From the IMG/VR virus record IMGVR_UViG_3300047546_000414: a stretch of DNA of 20,000 nucleotides; one strand, given 5' to 3'. The notes beneath the pieces were generated by a model. The model was not told the origin of the DNA, did no database searches, and saw nothing but the letters and a program-made list of their open reading frames with translations. Below, in pieces: positions 7,248-16,605 of the stretch. Position 1 is the first letter of the stretch. Each line of letters starts with the position of its first letter. A program made the translations under genes and the position numbers. Source of the DNA: an uncultured virus (IMG/VR IMGVR_UViG_3300047546_000414). Taxonomy: Duplodnaviria > Heunggongvirae > Uroviricota > Caudoviricetes.

Positions 7248-8840
7248 CTATTCTGCTTGCCTTCCGTCTCCCTTGGCATTACGACCTTCGCCAGAAATAT
7301 CTGGAGAATTTGCTTGCCTTTCTTGAGAACGCTGTCTTGTATTTCCAGCCTGAGCAGCCTGTTCAGCGGCTTGATCGCCCTTCAAATCAACGACCTCATC
7401 GCCGCCTTCAAGCGGAATCATGCCCTTTCTAATTCTTACTTCATTAGGGGTAATTACTTGCATACGCAAATATCTTTCATCAATTTTAGACTGAGTATCC
7501 TCATCTGTAAGACTTAATTCGTTAAATTTAATTATTAAAGCATCTGTCTTTTCTTCAATAACCGCATTTAATTTCTTTTCAAGTCTCATCTGTGCTGGAC
7601 GGCATACTTGCTCTTTAAATGTTTTATCTGCATCACGAGCAACTGCAAGGTTTACTCCTTCTGGGGTTCCAACCTTGTTAATTGGAACACGGTGTGCCAA
7701 TAACATTTCATCTCTATTTGCTTTGCGATATTTATCAAATGAGCCTTCCTGAGTTCCAGCTTCAATTGGCTCCATCTTAAATTCAACTTTAGACTCTGGA
7801 GTATCTGCTGGCAGTGGAATATAAAGTGATCTATGGTTTTTACCCTTTAGACCTACCTGGAAAAATTCAAGCAATTTTCTTTCTGATTCTGGTGAAAGCT
7901 TTGCACCCTTTGCAGTAATAATATATCTTGGAACTGCTTTGTTTTCAAAATAGTCTAAGTTATATTTAGCTGCAAATTCATTTCCAGCCAAAGAATTCTG
8001 TGCTGCAATAATGTCTGGAATTCCATAATATTGATTTACTGGAGTATATTTCTTTAGGTGAATAATTTCATTTGGTCTATCGTTACCGCCTAAAATTGGA
8101 TTAGGAGTTTTTTGATCCCCATAGTTTCTAAAGAATACAAGCTTGCCATAAAGTAATTGAACAAAGCCATCTCTTGTTCTTCTAACTCTCATTGTTTTTG
8201 CAGGAATATGGCCAATATATCCAATGTCTCCACGGACTGTTCTTCCTATTTCAATATATCCATTACCTGTAGATTCGTAATCTGTCCAAACTTTAATTAA
8301 TGTTTCTTGGAATGTATCTTCACTATTACATTGATCTAGCCAGTCCTGAAGATCTTGCTTTAGTTTAGAAAGTTTTCTGCGAGCTCTTTCTAATTGTTTT
8401 TCATCCGTTATTCCATCAATAGCATCATTTGTTTTTCTAGTTTCAATAAATTGATAACCTAGACCAACAATGTTTGAAGTCTTTGCATTACATGCTGCAT
8501 AGTTATATGTTGAAATTTCATAAAGCCTTGAAAGATATTCTAGATTATATACAGGTTCTATTACATCAAGAAAAGCGTAGCCAGTTATTGCCTGAGCCAA
8601 GAGACTCTGCTGTGTTTCAGCACCATCTTTTCCAGTAAATGCTTTTGTAACTTCTCTGCTTAATTTTCTTCTAAATGCAGGAGAAAGTCCAGACATTTTT
8701 TGAAGTTCTTCTGCAGATAGTTTAAATTCATCTGGAGAACCCTCTTCTTGTAGTTTAGAAAATCTAACCATGTCTGCATATGTGGTTAGTCTTATTTCAT
8801 TATCTAAAGGTTCTGTGTCTTCTTCATATGTAGACTTCAT
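7248..8840 (-). CDS. Portal protein (HK97/PBSX family), 530 aa
   Basis: TGNGYIEI, NEIIHLK, YYGIPDI, YFENKAVP, AHRVP, ITPNEVRIRKGMIPLEGGDE motifs. Confidence 0.95.
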   Translation of the reverse strand: MKSTYEEDTEPLDNEIRLTTYADMVRFSKLQEEGSPDEFKLSAEELQKMSGLSPAFRRKLSREVTKAFTGKDGAETQQSLLAQAITGYAFLDVIEPVYNLEYLSRLYEISTYNYAACNAKTSNIVGLGYQFIETRKTNDAIDGITDEKQLERARRKLSKLKQDLQDWLDQCNSEDTFQETLIKVWTDYESTGNGYIEIGRTVRGDIGYIGHIPAKTMRVRRTRDGFVQLLYGKLVFFRNYGDQKTPNPILGGNDRPNEIIHLKKYTPVNQYYGIPDIIAAQNSLAGNEFAAKYNLDYFENKAVPRYIITAKGAKLSPESERKLLEFFQVGLKGKNHRSLYIPLPADTPESKVEFKMEPIEAGTQEGSFDKYRKANRDEMLLAHRVPINKVGTPEGVNLAVARDADKTFKEQVCRPAQMRLEKKLNAVIEEKTDALIIKFNELSLTDEDTQSKIDERYLRMQVITPNEVRIRKGMIPLEGGDEVVDLKGDQAAEQAAQAGNTRQRSQERQANSPDISGEGRNAKGDGRQAE

Positions 8841-9169
8841 TTCTTACCCTTCCTCATTTCGTCTTTATAGACTCCAATATCTAATTGATCTGGAACTAGA
8901 CCCCATTCAAGACGTTGCTTCTGATATTCAAATTCTTCGTCATCAATCTTTCTTCTTCCAGAAAGAAATTTTGGCTGCCCCTCATAAATTCCATAATGTC
9001 TGACCGCTCTAGCTAAGGCGTCTATCTTTGCCTTGTTGCCCTTCATAGAGGTGACAGAAAGAAAGTTTCCGTCGTCATCGCCTATCCATCTGCCATCTGG
9101 CATTTCCCAGACATAGATTCCTAGAGTTGTTTCCTCTACAATCTGCTTATTCATGCTTTTAATATCCAT
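8837..9169 (-). CDS. Hypothetical protein coupled to portal, 110 aa
   Basis: ATGA overlap with portal start; own leaderless promoter. Confidence 0.75.
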   Translation of the reverse strand: MDIKSMNKQIVEETTLGIYVWEMPDGRWIGDDDGNFLSVTSMKGNKAKIDALARAVRHYGIYEGQPKFLSGRRKIDDEEFEYQKQRLEWGLVPDQLDIGVYKDEMRKGKK

Positions 9170-9175
9170 TGTTTT

Positions 9176-9204
9176 ATTTTACCATTTCATGACACATAAG
9201 TCCA
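9176..9204 (-). promoter_or_regulatory. Leaderless promoter TGGACT-17-TAAAAT (extended -10 TGGTAAAAT), 6 nt from ATG
   Basis: Plus strand atttta 9176-9181, agtcca 9199-9204; no RBS before ATG at 9169. Confidence 0.65.
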
Positions 9205-9228
9205 TCTTTTGTCAACCAAAATGACAAA

Positions 9229-10983
9229 TTAGGCACTTGAAACAATTAAATAGTCTTGATTATAGGTTGATACAGAAGATTCTGTCAACGTCAATGACGA
9301 GTTTGAGGCCGAAGTAGAAGGTTTTCCACAATATAGGTCGTAGTGTGTTGTAATTTGGCTATCAGAAAGCTGGTATCTATAAAGACCAATATTCTGATAA
9401 TTTGATACTGAGCCTAAAGGCATTGATGGAGAATAATTAAATTTAAGGGTGTTTAATATTGGATTTGTAAATACCAAGACTATATGATGGGGCTCCCCAA
9501 GAACTAGGTGGTCGGATATATTAGACATAGATGTTTTATTGACCCCATTTATAAATACTTTCGCAATATTTGTTTTAAGCATTGCAGACCCATTCCACCC
9601 AAATACTGTTTCTGGAGATCCAGTTGCTGAGGCCGAATAAAACATTGTTGTGCTCAAATAATCAGAAGGAGTAAACATTAATTCTACAGACTGAATTGTT
9701 TGATCTATGGCAATGTCAAATCCGCCCGTGCCTTTTGTTTTTAACCCTACATTTGGGTGTCTAATTAATACTGGATAGCTAAAATTGGCCAGATCGTATT
9801 CTTTTGCAGACTCTGCATAATACCCATAGTTATGGGCATAAGATTCTTTTTTAGAATAAAATGAAATCTTAAATAAAGATAACCTAGGAAAATCTTTTGT
9901 AGTATCTGCGCTAGTTAAAGTTATTTTAATATACAAAATATTGCTTCCAGTATAAGACTCTTTATTGAACTGTGGCAATGAGGAATTATTGGTGCAAGGA
10001 AGCCATGTAGTGCCGTTTATAGACGTTTCTACCTGTATCCCCTTATCTCCCTTCCATTCTATTTTAGAAGAGCTTATATTGGCCTCCAAGGGGATATTAA
10101 CAAAATCTTCAATAATTAGATTTTTAGATCCAGGGACATCAGTTTCTTTAAATGTTATATATTTTTCTGTTTCATTATAATATGTATTTTCATCTATAAA
10201 TGATTGCCATTGAATATCTTTATTATATTCATACACAAATACTGGTGCAATATTTTGACCATGCATACCCAACAAGATTCCGTTATCTGGGGCAACTATA
10301 TGGATTGGCTGCGTATGGTCCAAACCAGCATAATAATGCTTATATACTTGAACTGGAGAAAGTCCATATCTATAGATAGCTGGTGCGTCTACTAAAAATG
10401 AATCTCCTGAGTTTGCTGGTCCAATATTAAAATCTATTGAATTATTTGAAAACTTAAAACCTTCAATATTTTTCCAGGCCACTAGCCCACCATCTATATA
10501 AATTTCCATGCTGCTAACATTATATTTGGCAACAACATGCATTGCTTTTTCTGAAAAAGATAGTTTATAGAATAATGATTCCCCGCCAATATTAAAAATG
10601 ATATTTCCGTTTTCGTAAAAAATACCAATAGAGTTTGTAGAGTCTGCCAATAAAGGAGTTAGGCTTGTTGAATTTATTTTAGACTTAAACCATAGCTCTA
10701 AAGAGAAATCATTATCTGAATAATTACTTGTTGCAAATCCGCCTGGGCCATTGGTTTTATAATAATTGTTTGAGGTATTTAATTCTATATAAGAAGAATT
10801 TGTTATAACAGTTGCATAGCTTCCACCATAAACTAATGGCATAATGTTAGAAGAAAAAGATCCAGTATATGTGCCATGATTTCCGCAGCCAGAAATATCA
10901 TTTGCAGATGCAGATGGATGAGTTTCGTCCAATGGCAAGAAAACTATTGGGTTGTCTTTTATAACATTAAGGTAGTATGACAT
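9229..10983 (-). CDS. Virion protein with LamG/concanavalin-A-like domain(s), 584 aa
   Basis: DNPIVFLPLDE, DISGCGNHGTY, FSLELWFK, HVVAKY..EIYIDG, AIYRYGLS motifs; second degenerate lectin-like domain at C-terminus (HHIVLVF, GLYRYQLS). Confidence 0.75.
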   Translation of the reverse strand: MSYYLNVIKDNPIVFLPLDETHPSASANDISGCGNHGTYTGSFSSNIMPLVYGGSYATVITNSSYIELNTSNNYYKTNGPGGFATSNYSDNDFSLELWFKSKINSTSLTPLLADSTNSIGIFYENGNIIFNIGGESLFYKLSFSEKAMHVVAKYNVSSMEIYIDGGLVAWKNIEGFKFSNNSIDFNIGPANSGDSFLVDAPAIYRYGLSPVQVYKHYYAGLDHTQPIHIVAPDNGILLGMHGQNIAPVFVYEYNKDIQWQSFIDENTYYNETEKYITFKETDVPGSKNLIIEDFVNIPLEANISSSKIEWKGDKGIQVETSINGTTWLPCTNNSSLPQFNKESYTGSNILYIKITLTSADTTKDFPRLSLFKISFYSKKESYAHNYGYYAESAKEYDLANFSYPVLIRHPNVGLKTKGTGGFDIAIDQTIQSVELMFTPSDYLSTTMFYSASATGSPETVFGWNGSAMLKTNIAKVFINGVNKTSMSNISDHLVLGEPHHIVLVFTNPILNTLKFNYSPSMPLGSVSNYQNIGLYRYQLSDSQITTHYDLYCGKPSTSASNSSLTLTESSVSTYNQDYLIVSSA

Positions 10984-10992
10984 ATATCTCCA

Positions 10993-13287
10993 TTATATAA
11001 TAACCTGAACAGAAGAGCCAGCAATAGAATTGCCATAGTCTTCATTCCAGCCATATGCTACCAAATTGTATGTACCAGAAGATATTCCATTAATATCATA
11101 AGATCCAGACACACTATTTGTAGACTGATCATATCCAAATTTTTGTTCTACTGCACCAGATACAGAGCCACCGCCTGTTGTTTGAATAATTAAACTTAGA
11201 GCGCCTGTATTAGATCCTTTAGTTGCTGTAAAATTAATATTGTTACCAGATTTTGTGGCTGTATTTAGAACTGGAGTAGAAGATGCTGCTGCATAAGTTG
11301 TAGATAAAACTGCGCTAGTTTTTGAACCAGAAGAATATTCGTTATTATTGTTACCAAATATCTGGATATAATAATTTGTTCCAGCTGTTAATCCAGTAAT
11401 TGATGTTGATTCTGTAGTAACAATTTTTGTTGTTATATAAGAAGATGATCCAGGCTTATACACACCAATAAAATAAAATGGAGAATCTCCTCCAGACCAT
11501 GCAATATTAAGTTGAGTTGATTGTCTTGGGTTTGTTGGTCCATAACCAATTGTTGTTGGTTGGGCCAAGGCTTTGATTGGTCCTAAAAAGTTATTTGAAG
11601 CATTTACGTAGCTGCTTGTTCCTACTGCATTTGTTGCAGCTAATTTTAATCCAACAGATCTTGAAACAGCTGATTGAGTAATAGTATATGTAGCTGCAGT
11701 AGCATTGATAAAATTATTTCCATTTGAATCAAACCATTGATAGGAATATGAAGTAGGGCTGTCTGTCCAAGAGCCTGGTCTTGCTGTAAATCTTGATCCA
11801 ACATATAGATTATCATATGTCATAGAAGGCGCAACAGTATTATTTGGAATAGCAATAGAGCCAGTATAATCTGAATATGAAATTGTAATTTCTGTATTTA
11901 CAAGGGCGGCTGTACCAGAGACTGGATTCTGAGCATATATCTGTTGGTAAACTTTATTTGGATCTGATGTTGTTACCTGTGTAATATTTGAGTATCCTGC
12001 TTGTTGTATTCTTGTAATTGCTTCTGATAAAGTTAAACCTATAACGTTTGGAACAGTTCCAAAAGATGGCGCAGATAAGTATTGAGTAAAATCTAGTCTT
12101 ATTGTTCCGCCACCAGCCAATGTAGCTCCTGCTGTTGGTGATTGAGCAGTTACATATCCTCCAGGATAATCCAAATAAAATTGGTTATTTGATGCAGACA
12201 GAGTTCCATCTCCATATACATAACCAGATGCAGTAATAATTGATTTAGCTGAGTTTACAGAAATACCGACAAGATCTGGAACAACCTGTGTTGTTGTAAT
12301 TGTTTGTACGCTGCTAGAAGCACCAGATCCTGCAGAGTTTACTGCTCTAATTGCAACTTGGTATGATGTTCCTGGCGTTAAAGATCCTACAGATATTGGA
12401 CCAGTATTAGTAAAATCATTTGTCCAGGTTACTCCATTATTTAAAGTATGTTGATATCTAATAATTTCTGCTCCACCGTCACTTAATGGAGGAGTTAAAT
12501 CAATTCTAAAAGATGTATTGGTAATAAATGATACAGTAAAAGATGGAGCAGATGGAGCTACAACTACACCTCCGCCAGATCCAGATGTTGGTGCTTTTGT
12601 TACACCAGCAGAAGATGCAGAATTTCCTTTTGCATTAACAGCTCTTATATAAAATGTATAATTAACGTTATTTGTTAAACTGCTTACTGTAAACGTATTA
12701 TTTGTTGGAAGTCCAATATTTATCCAAGAGGCGCCGTTTGTTATTGAGTATTCGTATCTTGTTATAGGAGATCCGCCATCTGCTGGAGTAATAAATGTAA
12801 GTGTAACAGCAGAATCTGAAGATGTAGCATTTGACCAAAGTGGTGCGTTTGGAACAGTGCTTGTATCAACTGGAGTTGTTGTGTATAAAATAACTTCAAG
12901 TCTTACGCTGGAGCCGAAGGCTAATAGAGTTCCAGATGAAGCTGAAGGTGCTGGAGCTTGAGCAGACACATATCCACCAGCAGAAAGATATTGCTGAAAA
13001 CCAATGCTATTTGAATAAGAATAATTTGGATCTGGTGTAAAACCAGCATTTCTTAAAATAAGAGAAGCGGTATCATAATTTAATCCAACAAGAGAAGGAA
13101 CGAATCCAAGCAACTGTCCAGTTCCTGAAGCAACTTTAATATTTGATCTTGTTATTGGCGTATGAGCAGAAATAGCATTAATATGTCTATATCCGTAAGA
13201 ATTTACGTAATTAGTATTCCAATTAAATATATTTTTTGCTTTTATGTTGAGAGTGTTAATTACATTACCATACTGTTTGTATGCCAT
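10993..13287 (-). CDS. Mosaic virion surface protein: 3 PASTA-like domains, about 3 FN3 domains and an Ig-like repeat, 764 aa
   Basis: VPSLVG/VPDLVG/VPNVIG ... AQxP..G PASTA signatures; DGGSPITRY..IRAVNAKG and DGGAEIIRY..IRAVNSAG FN3 signatures; NTVAP..GSW..YSYQW Ig-like repeat. Confidence 0.8.
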   Translation of the reverse strand: MAYKQYGNVINTLNIKAKNIFNWNTNYVNSYGYRHINAISAHTPITRSNIKVASGTGQLLGFVPSLVGLNYDTASLILRNAGFTPDPNYSYSNSIGFQQYLSAGGYVSAQAPAPSASSGTLLAFGSSVRLEVILYTTTPVDTSTVPNAPLWSNATSSDSAVTLTFITPADGGSPITRYEYSITNGASWINIGLPTNNTFTVSSLTNNVNYTFYIRAVNAKGNSASSAGVTKAPTSGSGGGVVVAPSAPSFTVSFITNTSFRIDLTPPLSDGGAEIIRYQHTLNNGVTWTNDFTNTGPISVGSLTPGTSYQVAIRAVNSAGSGASSSVQTITTTQVVPDLVGISVNSAKSIITASGYVYGDGTLSASNNQFYLDYPGGYVTAQSPTAGATLAGGGTIRLDFTQYLSAPSFGTVPNVIGLTLSEAITRIQQAGYSNITQVTTSDPNKVYQQIYAQNPVSGTAALVNTEITISYSDYTGSIAIPNNTVAPSMTYDNLYVGSRFTARPGSWTDSPTSYSYQWFDSNGNNFINATAATYTITQSAVSRSVGLKLAATNAVGTSSYVNASNNFLGPIKALAQPTTIGYGPTNPRQSTQLNIAWSGGDSPFYFIGVYKPGSSSYITTKIVTTESTSITGLTAGTNYYIQIFGNNNNEYSSGSKTSAVLSTTYAAASSTPVLNTATKSGNNINFTATKGSNTGALSLIIQTTGGGSVSGAVEQKFGYDQSTNSVSGSYDINGISSGTYNLVAYGWNEDYGNSIAGSSVQVII

Positions 13288-13305
13288 AGAGCGCCTCCCT
13301 CAACC

Positions 13306-13665
13306 CTAATCTGTTACAGCAGGATTAAATATTTCCACTCCAGAAAGAACAAAGTTAATACCATTTGCAACGTTTGCGTGTGCGTAAATTGATTCTCCAG
13401 GATAAACAACCTGATTTAAATCAATTGTTAATACAGTGTTTGCATCTACTTGAACATCTCCAAAAAGTTTATATTCTTCTTTTAGAACTTGTCCAGACGG
13501 TACAAGGTACATTGAAAAAGTTAAAAGACCATTAAAAATATTTGTAACTAGTAGCTGCTTCATAATTGATTTTTGATCAAATGTATAAATATTTACTGGA
13601 GTTGTTAAAAGTGTAGTAGGATCTCCAAATCTTTCTGGAGCATAGTACTCATATGATATTGGCAT
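13306..13665 (-). CDS. Small beta-sandwich virion structural protein, 119 aa (paralogue of 17590..17907)
   Basis: IDLNQVVYPGESIYAHANVANGINFVLSGVEI aligns with LDFKQVLNTAETITVQASVNNGVTFFISGVKI; GGAGG RBS. Confidence 0.65.
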   Translation of the reverse strand: MPISYEYYAPERFGDPTTLLTTPVNIYTFDQKSIMKQLLVTNIFNGLLTFSMYLVPSGQVLKEEYKLFGDVQVDANTVLTIDLNQVVYPGESIYAHANVANGINFVLSGVEIFNPAVTD

Positions 13666-13673
13666 TATGCCTC

Positions 13674-14402
13674 CTAGCTACCGTAAGTAATTGACCACTT
13701 AGACATCAAATCACGCTCTACGCCGTTAATTTCTGATGCTGTCAATACTCTGTTATAAATTAGAAGTTCTCCTAGTGCAAAATTTCCAAATGAAGATAAA
13801 TACTTGCCAAGAGCTTGTCCGCTCATTCCAGATAATGCTCCAGATGCAGCACCTAGACCTTCGTCTGCTGTGTTTCTGCGAATTCTTCTTTCAAATGTTG
13901 TTCCATCAAATGTCATTAGGTATAGTTCTGGAACACCTGCGTTAACAACGTTAACAATTGCGTTCATATCATCATTACCTAAACCAAATTTATATGTGTT
14001 TGCTGAAACGTATCCAGCAATAAGGTTATTTCTTGTTCCAGTACCTTGTCCACCAATTACATATTGATTTGCAGACCCTGCGGTTTTTGTAGCAACATAT
14101 GCAATAGTAAAAGATGAGTTGGCAATATAAGCTAAAGTTTGATCTGAAAATGGCATATTAAATGCTGTTCCGTCAAAATAAACTGCGCCTAACCCATTAA
14201 TACCAGTAGCAAGATATGTTGGCTGTTGTGCCGCAACTGCTTGTGTAAAGTTTCTTGCATTTATTGTTTTATCTTTCCACAAAGAAACTTTGTTAGACCC
14301 ATCTCTTGTAACAGTTCCTGGTAATGCTGCATCAACCCAAAGTTGCAATCCTTTTTGAGTAAAACGATTTCTTCTAAAAACTGAACGTTGATTACCTAGC
14401 AT
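13674..14402 (-). CDS. LamG/concanavalin-A-like lectin protein, 242 aa
   Basis: GLQLWVDA, VSLWKDK, INGLGAVYFDG, GELLIYNRVLTASEI..VE..L.SKW signature. Confidence 0.8.
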   Translation of the reverse strand: MLGNQRSVFRRNRFTQKGLQLWVDAALPGTVTRDGSNKVSLWKDKTINARNFTQAVAAQQPTYLATGINGLGAVYFDGTAFNMPFSDQTLAYIANSSFTIAYVATKTAGSANQYVIGGQGTGTRNNLIAGYVSANTYKFGLGNDDMNAIVNVVNAGVPELYLMTFDGTTFERRIRRNTADEGLGAASGALSGMSGQALGKYLSSFGNFALGELLIYNRVLTASEINGVERDLMSKWSITYGS

Positions 14403-14405
14403 TAT

Positions 14406-14804
14406 TTACATTTCCTCCAATGGCTTGCTTGGCCATTCAATCTCTGAGACTGTTCCAGCTGATTTCTTAATAGCCTCTAGAGCTTTAACATAATCTTTTG
14501 CTGCTTTATCTGTTCTGCTAGTCATTGAAAGTAACTCAAAGTCTACGTGAGCCTCTACATTTGCTTTAATTTCTTCTGCAGATAATTTTTCTTTTTTAAC
14601 AGAATAAACTTTTTTTCCATCAATATAGGGTTCAACAGAAACTAATTTTTCTGTGTCTTTGTTATAATCAATTTTGGTAACAACCTCTACCAAATCATTT
14701 TCTTTAATTACTGATTTAATACCTTCAGCACCAACTGACACATTTAGAATTTGCTCTACTGTGCCGTATGCGACAACCTTGTTGTCTTCAATTACGGCGT
14801 ACAT
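14406..14804 (-). CDS. Putative tail-fibre assembly chaperone, 132 aa
   Basis: MYAVIED N-terminus and YVKAL..IEWPSKP C-terminus resemble Tfa-type chaperones; directly follows Gly-rich gene. Confidence 0.55.
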   Translation of the reverse strand: MYAVIEDNKVVAYGTVEQILNVSVGAEGIKSVIKENDLVEVVTKIDYNKDTEKLVSVEPYIDGKKVYSVKKEKLSAEEIKANVEAHVDFELLSMTSRTDKAAKDYVKALEAIKKSAGTVSEIEWPSKPLEEM

Positions 14805-14805
14805 G

Positions 14806-15786
14806 TTAAGCGCTCTCTTTTACGTAATATGTAATTAAGCAGGTACCAGATCCACCAAATCCTGAAGTTGCACCTTCTTCGCAACCTCCGCCGCCACCGC
14901 CAGTTCCATCAATTCCAGAAGATGCTGATGTTCCATATGGAGAATAAGAAACTCTTGAACCTCCTGCACCTCCACCATTTGAACCAGAGCCCATGCCCCA
15001 ATCTCCGCCGCCGCCACCACCACCGCCAAATCCATACAATCCAATTCCACCATTTCCACCACAGCAATTTTGATCAGATGAGCTAGACTTGTATTCTCCA
15101 GATCCACCCATAGATGCACCTTCTCCGCCATTGGCACCAGATGTATTGTGTGAACCTTGTCCGCCGTATGTGTACCAAGAGTGGTGGATCATCATACATC
15201 TACCATGTTCTCCTGCTCCACCTGCGCCACCACCGCCGCCAGCAGCACCATGTGAACCTTGACTTCCGCCGCCGCCAGATGAGCCACCAGAACCCTGTTG
15301 CCCAGTTTGTCCATATCCTCCGCCACCGCCGCCTCCGCCTGCAGTTAGGAACGAACCAAATGTTGAGTTTCCTCCATTGCCACCATTATTGTTTGTATTT
15401 CCACTGTTTCGGCTTCCGCCGCCGCCAATTGTTACAAGAATGTTTCCGCCTACTGGAACTGAAGAAATATCTACGAATCTACGAACTACTTGGCCTCCAC
15501 CGCCACCGCCACCAGCGTGTCCAGAAGAATGGCATCCTCCTCCGCCGCCGCCGCCACCAACTAGAATAACTTCAACTGAAGACATTGTGTTGGCTGGACG
15601 AGTCCAGTTAGCAGTTGAATTAAATTTAACTGTTACTGGCTTAAGAAGTTTTGTTTGAACTCCACCAGTTGCAGAAATAACAGATGCCAATGTTGCATTT
15701 GAGTTTAATGCAACTTGCATGTTGCTTTGCATTGTTGAATCTAATCCTGGTAGGACTGTTAACTTTGTGGTGGAATTTACGGCCAT
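14806..15786 (-). CDS. Glycine-rich (polyglycine II) adhesin/fibre protein B, 326 aa
   Basis: VEVILVGGGGGGG, GGNGGNSTFG, TGGGGGG, GGSGTCLITY pattern of phage Gly-rich domains. Confidence 0.75.
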   Translation of the reverse strand: MAVNSTTKLTVLPGLDSTMQSNMQVALNSNATLASVISATGGVQTKLLKPVTVKFNSTANWTRPANTMSSVEVILVGGGGGGGGCHSSGHAGGGGGGGQVVRRFVDISSVPVGGNILVTIGGGGSRNSGNTNNNGGNGGNSTFGSFLTAGGGGGGGGYGQTGQQGSGGSSGGGGSQGSHGAAGGGGGAGGAGEHGRCMMIHHSWYTYGGQGSHNTSGANGGEGASMGGSGEYKSSSSDQNCCGGNGGIGLYGFGGGGGGGGDWGMGSGSNGGGAGGSRVSYSPYGTSASSGIDGTGGGGGGCEEGATSGFGGSGTCLITYYVKESA

Positions 15787-15799
15787 TTTTTTATTTCTC

Positions 15800-16237
15800 C
15801 TATACGTTTAGATCGGCAAAAGCATACGCACCATAGATTGTGCTTCCACCGTCTCTTGTGTAAAAATTAAGTACTGTTGTATTTGTTGAAAGAAGTGGTG
15901 CTACGTTAGAAGCTCCACCGCCATCCCATTTAATTGATGCAGGCCATGTAATTGTATATGAGCCTCCACCCTTAATTTCAACTTGCCAAAATGCTGCCTT
16001 AGCTGTTGATGGGATATTTGTAAAAGCAACAGTAGCGTTACCTGCTACTGTAAATGCAAAGACGTTAAATGAAGAAATATCACATGTTGCTGTGCCATTT
16101 GCTGCAATTGTTCCCTTTGCTTCTACCGCTGAAGGAATATTAAAATATGTATATCCCTGACCATTAATTGGTGCTTGTAGATATGTATAAGTCCAAAGTG
16201 CTGGGCTTATTGCTTCTGGTATTGATGTTATTGGCAT
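15800..16237 (-). CDS. Fibre-associated beta-domain protein, 145 aa
   Basis: FTVAGNATVAFTN..YTITWPASIKWDGG..AP.L..LNFYTRDGGSTIYG pattern common in phage fibre domains; GGAGG RBS. Confidence 0.6.
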   Translation of the reverse strand: MPITSIPEAISPALWTYTYLQAPINGQGYTYFNIPSAVEAKGTIAANGTATCDISSFNVFAFTVAGNATVAFTNIPSTAKAAFWQVEIKGGGSYTITWPASIKWDGGGASNVAPLLSTNTTVLNFYTRDGGSTIYGAYAFADLNV

Positions 16238-16605
16238 TATTCATTGCCTCCCGTTACTGTTGGAGAAGCTGGTTTTGGGTTTCTTGGGTCATTTGGATCA
16301 AACTTATATTCTTGCGAACGAAGTGCATCATCCTGCTCCATAACTCTTGCTGCTTCTGCCAAACTTTCTTCTGTTACTGTATCAGCTGGTACTTCTGGAG
16401 CAATAAATTTTGTTCCATCCCAAGTAAATCCTGGAGAGACATATGAATAAGGATGATTTGGATCTTCCCAATCATGACAATCAATAACTTCACAAGCAAA
16501 CTGTTCTGCAACACCTGCTTTAAGTTGTTCTAAATCATCTGATTCTGCTGGTAGTAATATTACATTTTCTACCAAACCATTTTTAACTAATGCTGTTCTT
16601 CTCAC
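16237..16605 (-). CDS. Putative fibre chaperone/partner, 122 aa; true start likely GTG at 16605 (not 16668)
   Basis: TAGTG stop/start overlap with upstream gene, AAGGAG RBS; ALVKNGLVENVI and PGFTWDGTKFIAP motifs typical of genes following Gly-rich fibres. Confidence 0.65.
   Translation of the reverse strand: MRRTALVKNGLVENVILLPAESDDLEQLKAGVAEQFACEVIDCHDWEDPNHPYSYVSPGFTWDGTKFIAPEVPADTVTEESLAEAARVMEQDDALRSQEYKFDPNDPRNPKPASPTVTGGNE

Noticed and set aside
8837..9169. Terminase small subunit by position
   Set aside because: No HTH or other supporting motif and no large terminase nearby; left hypothetical.
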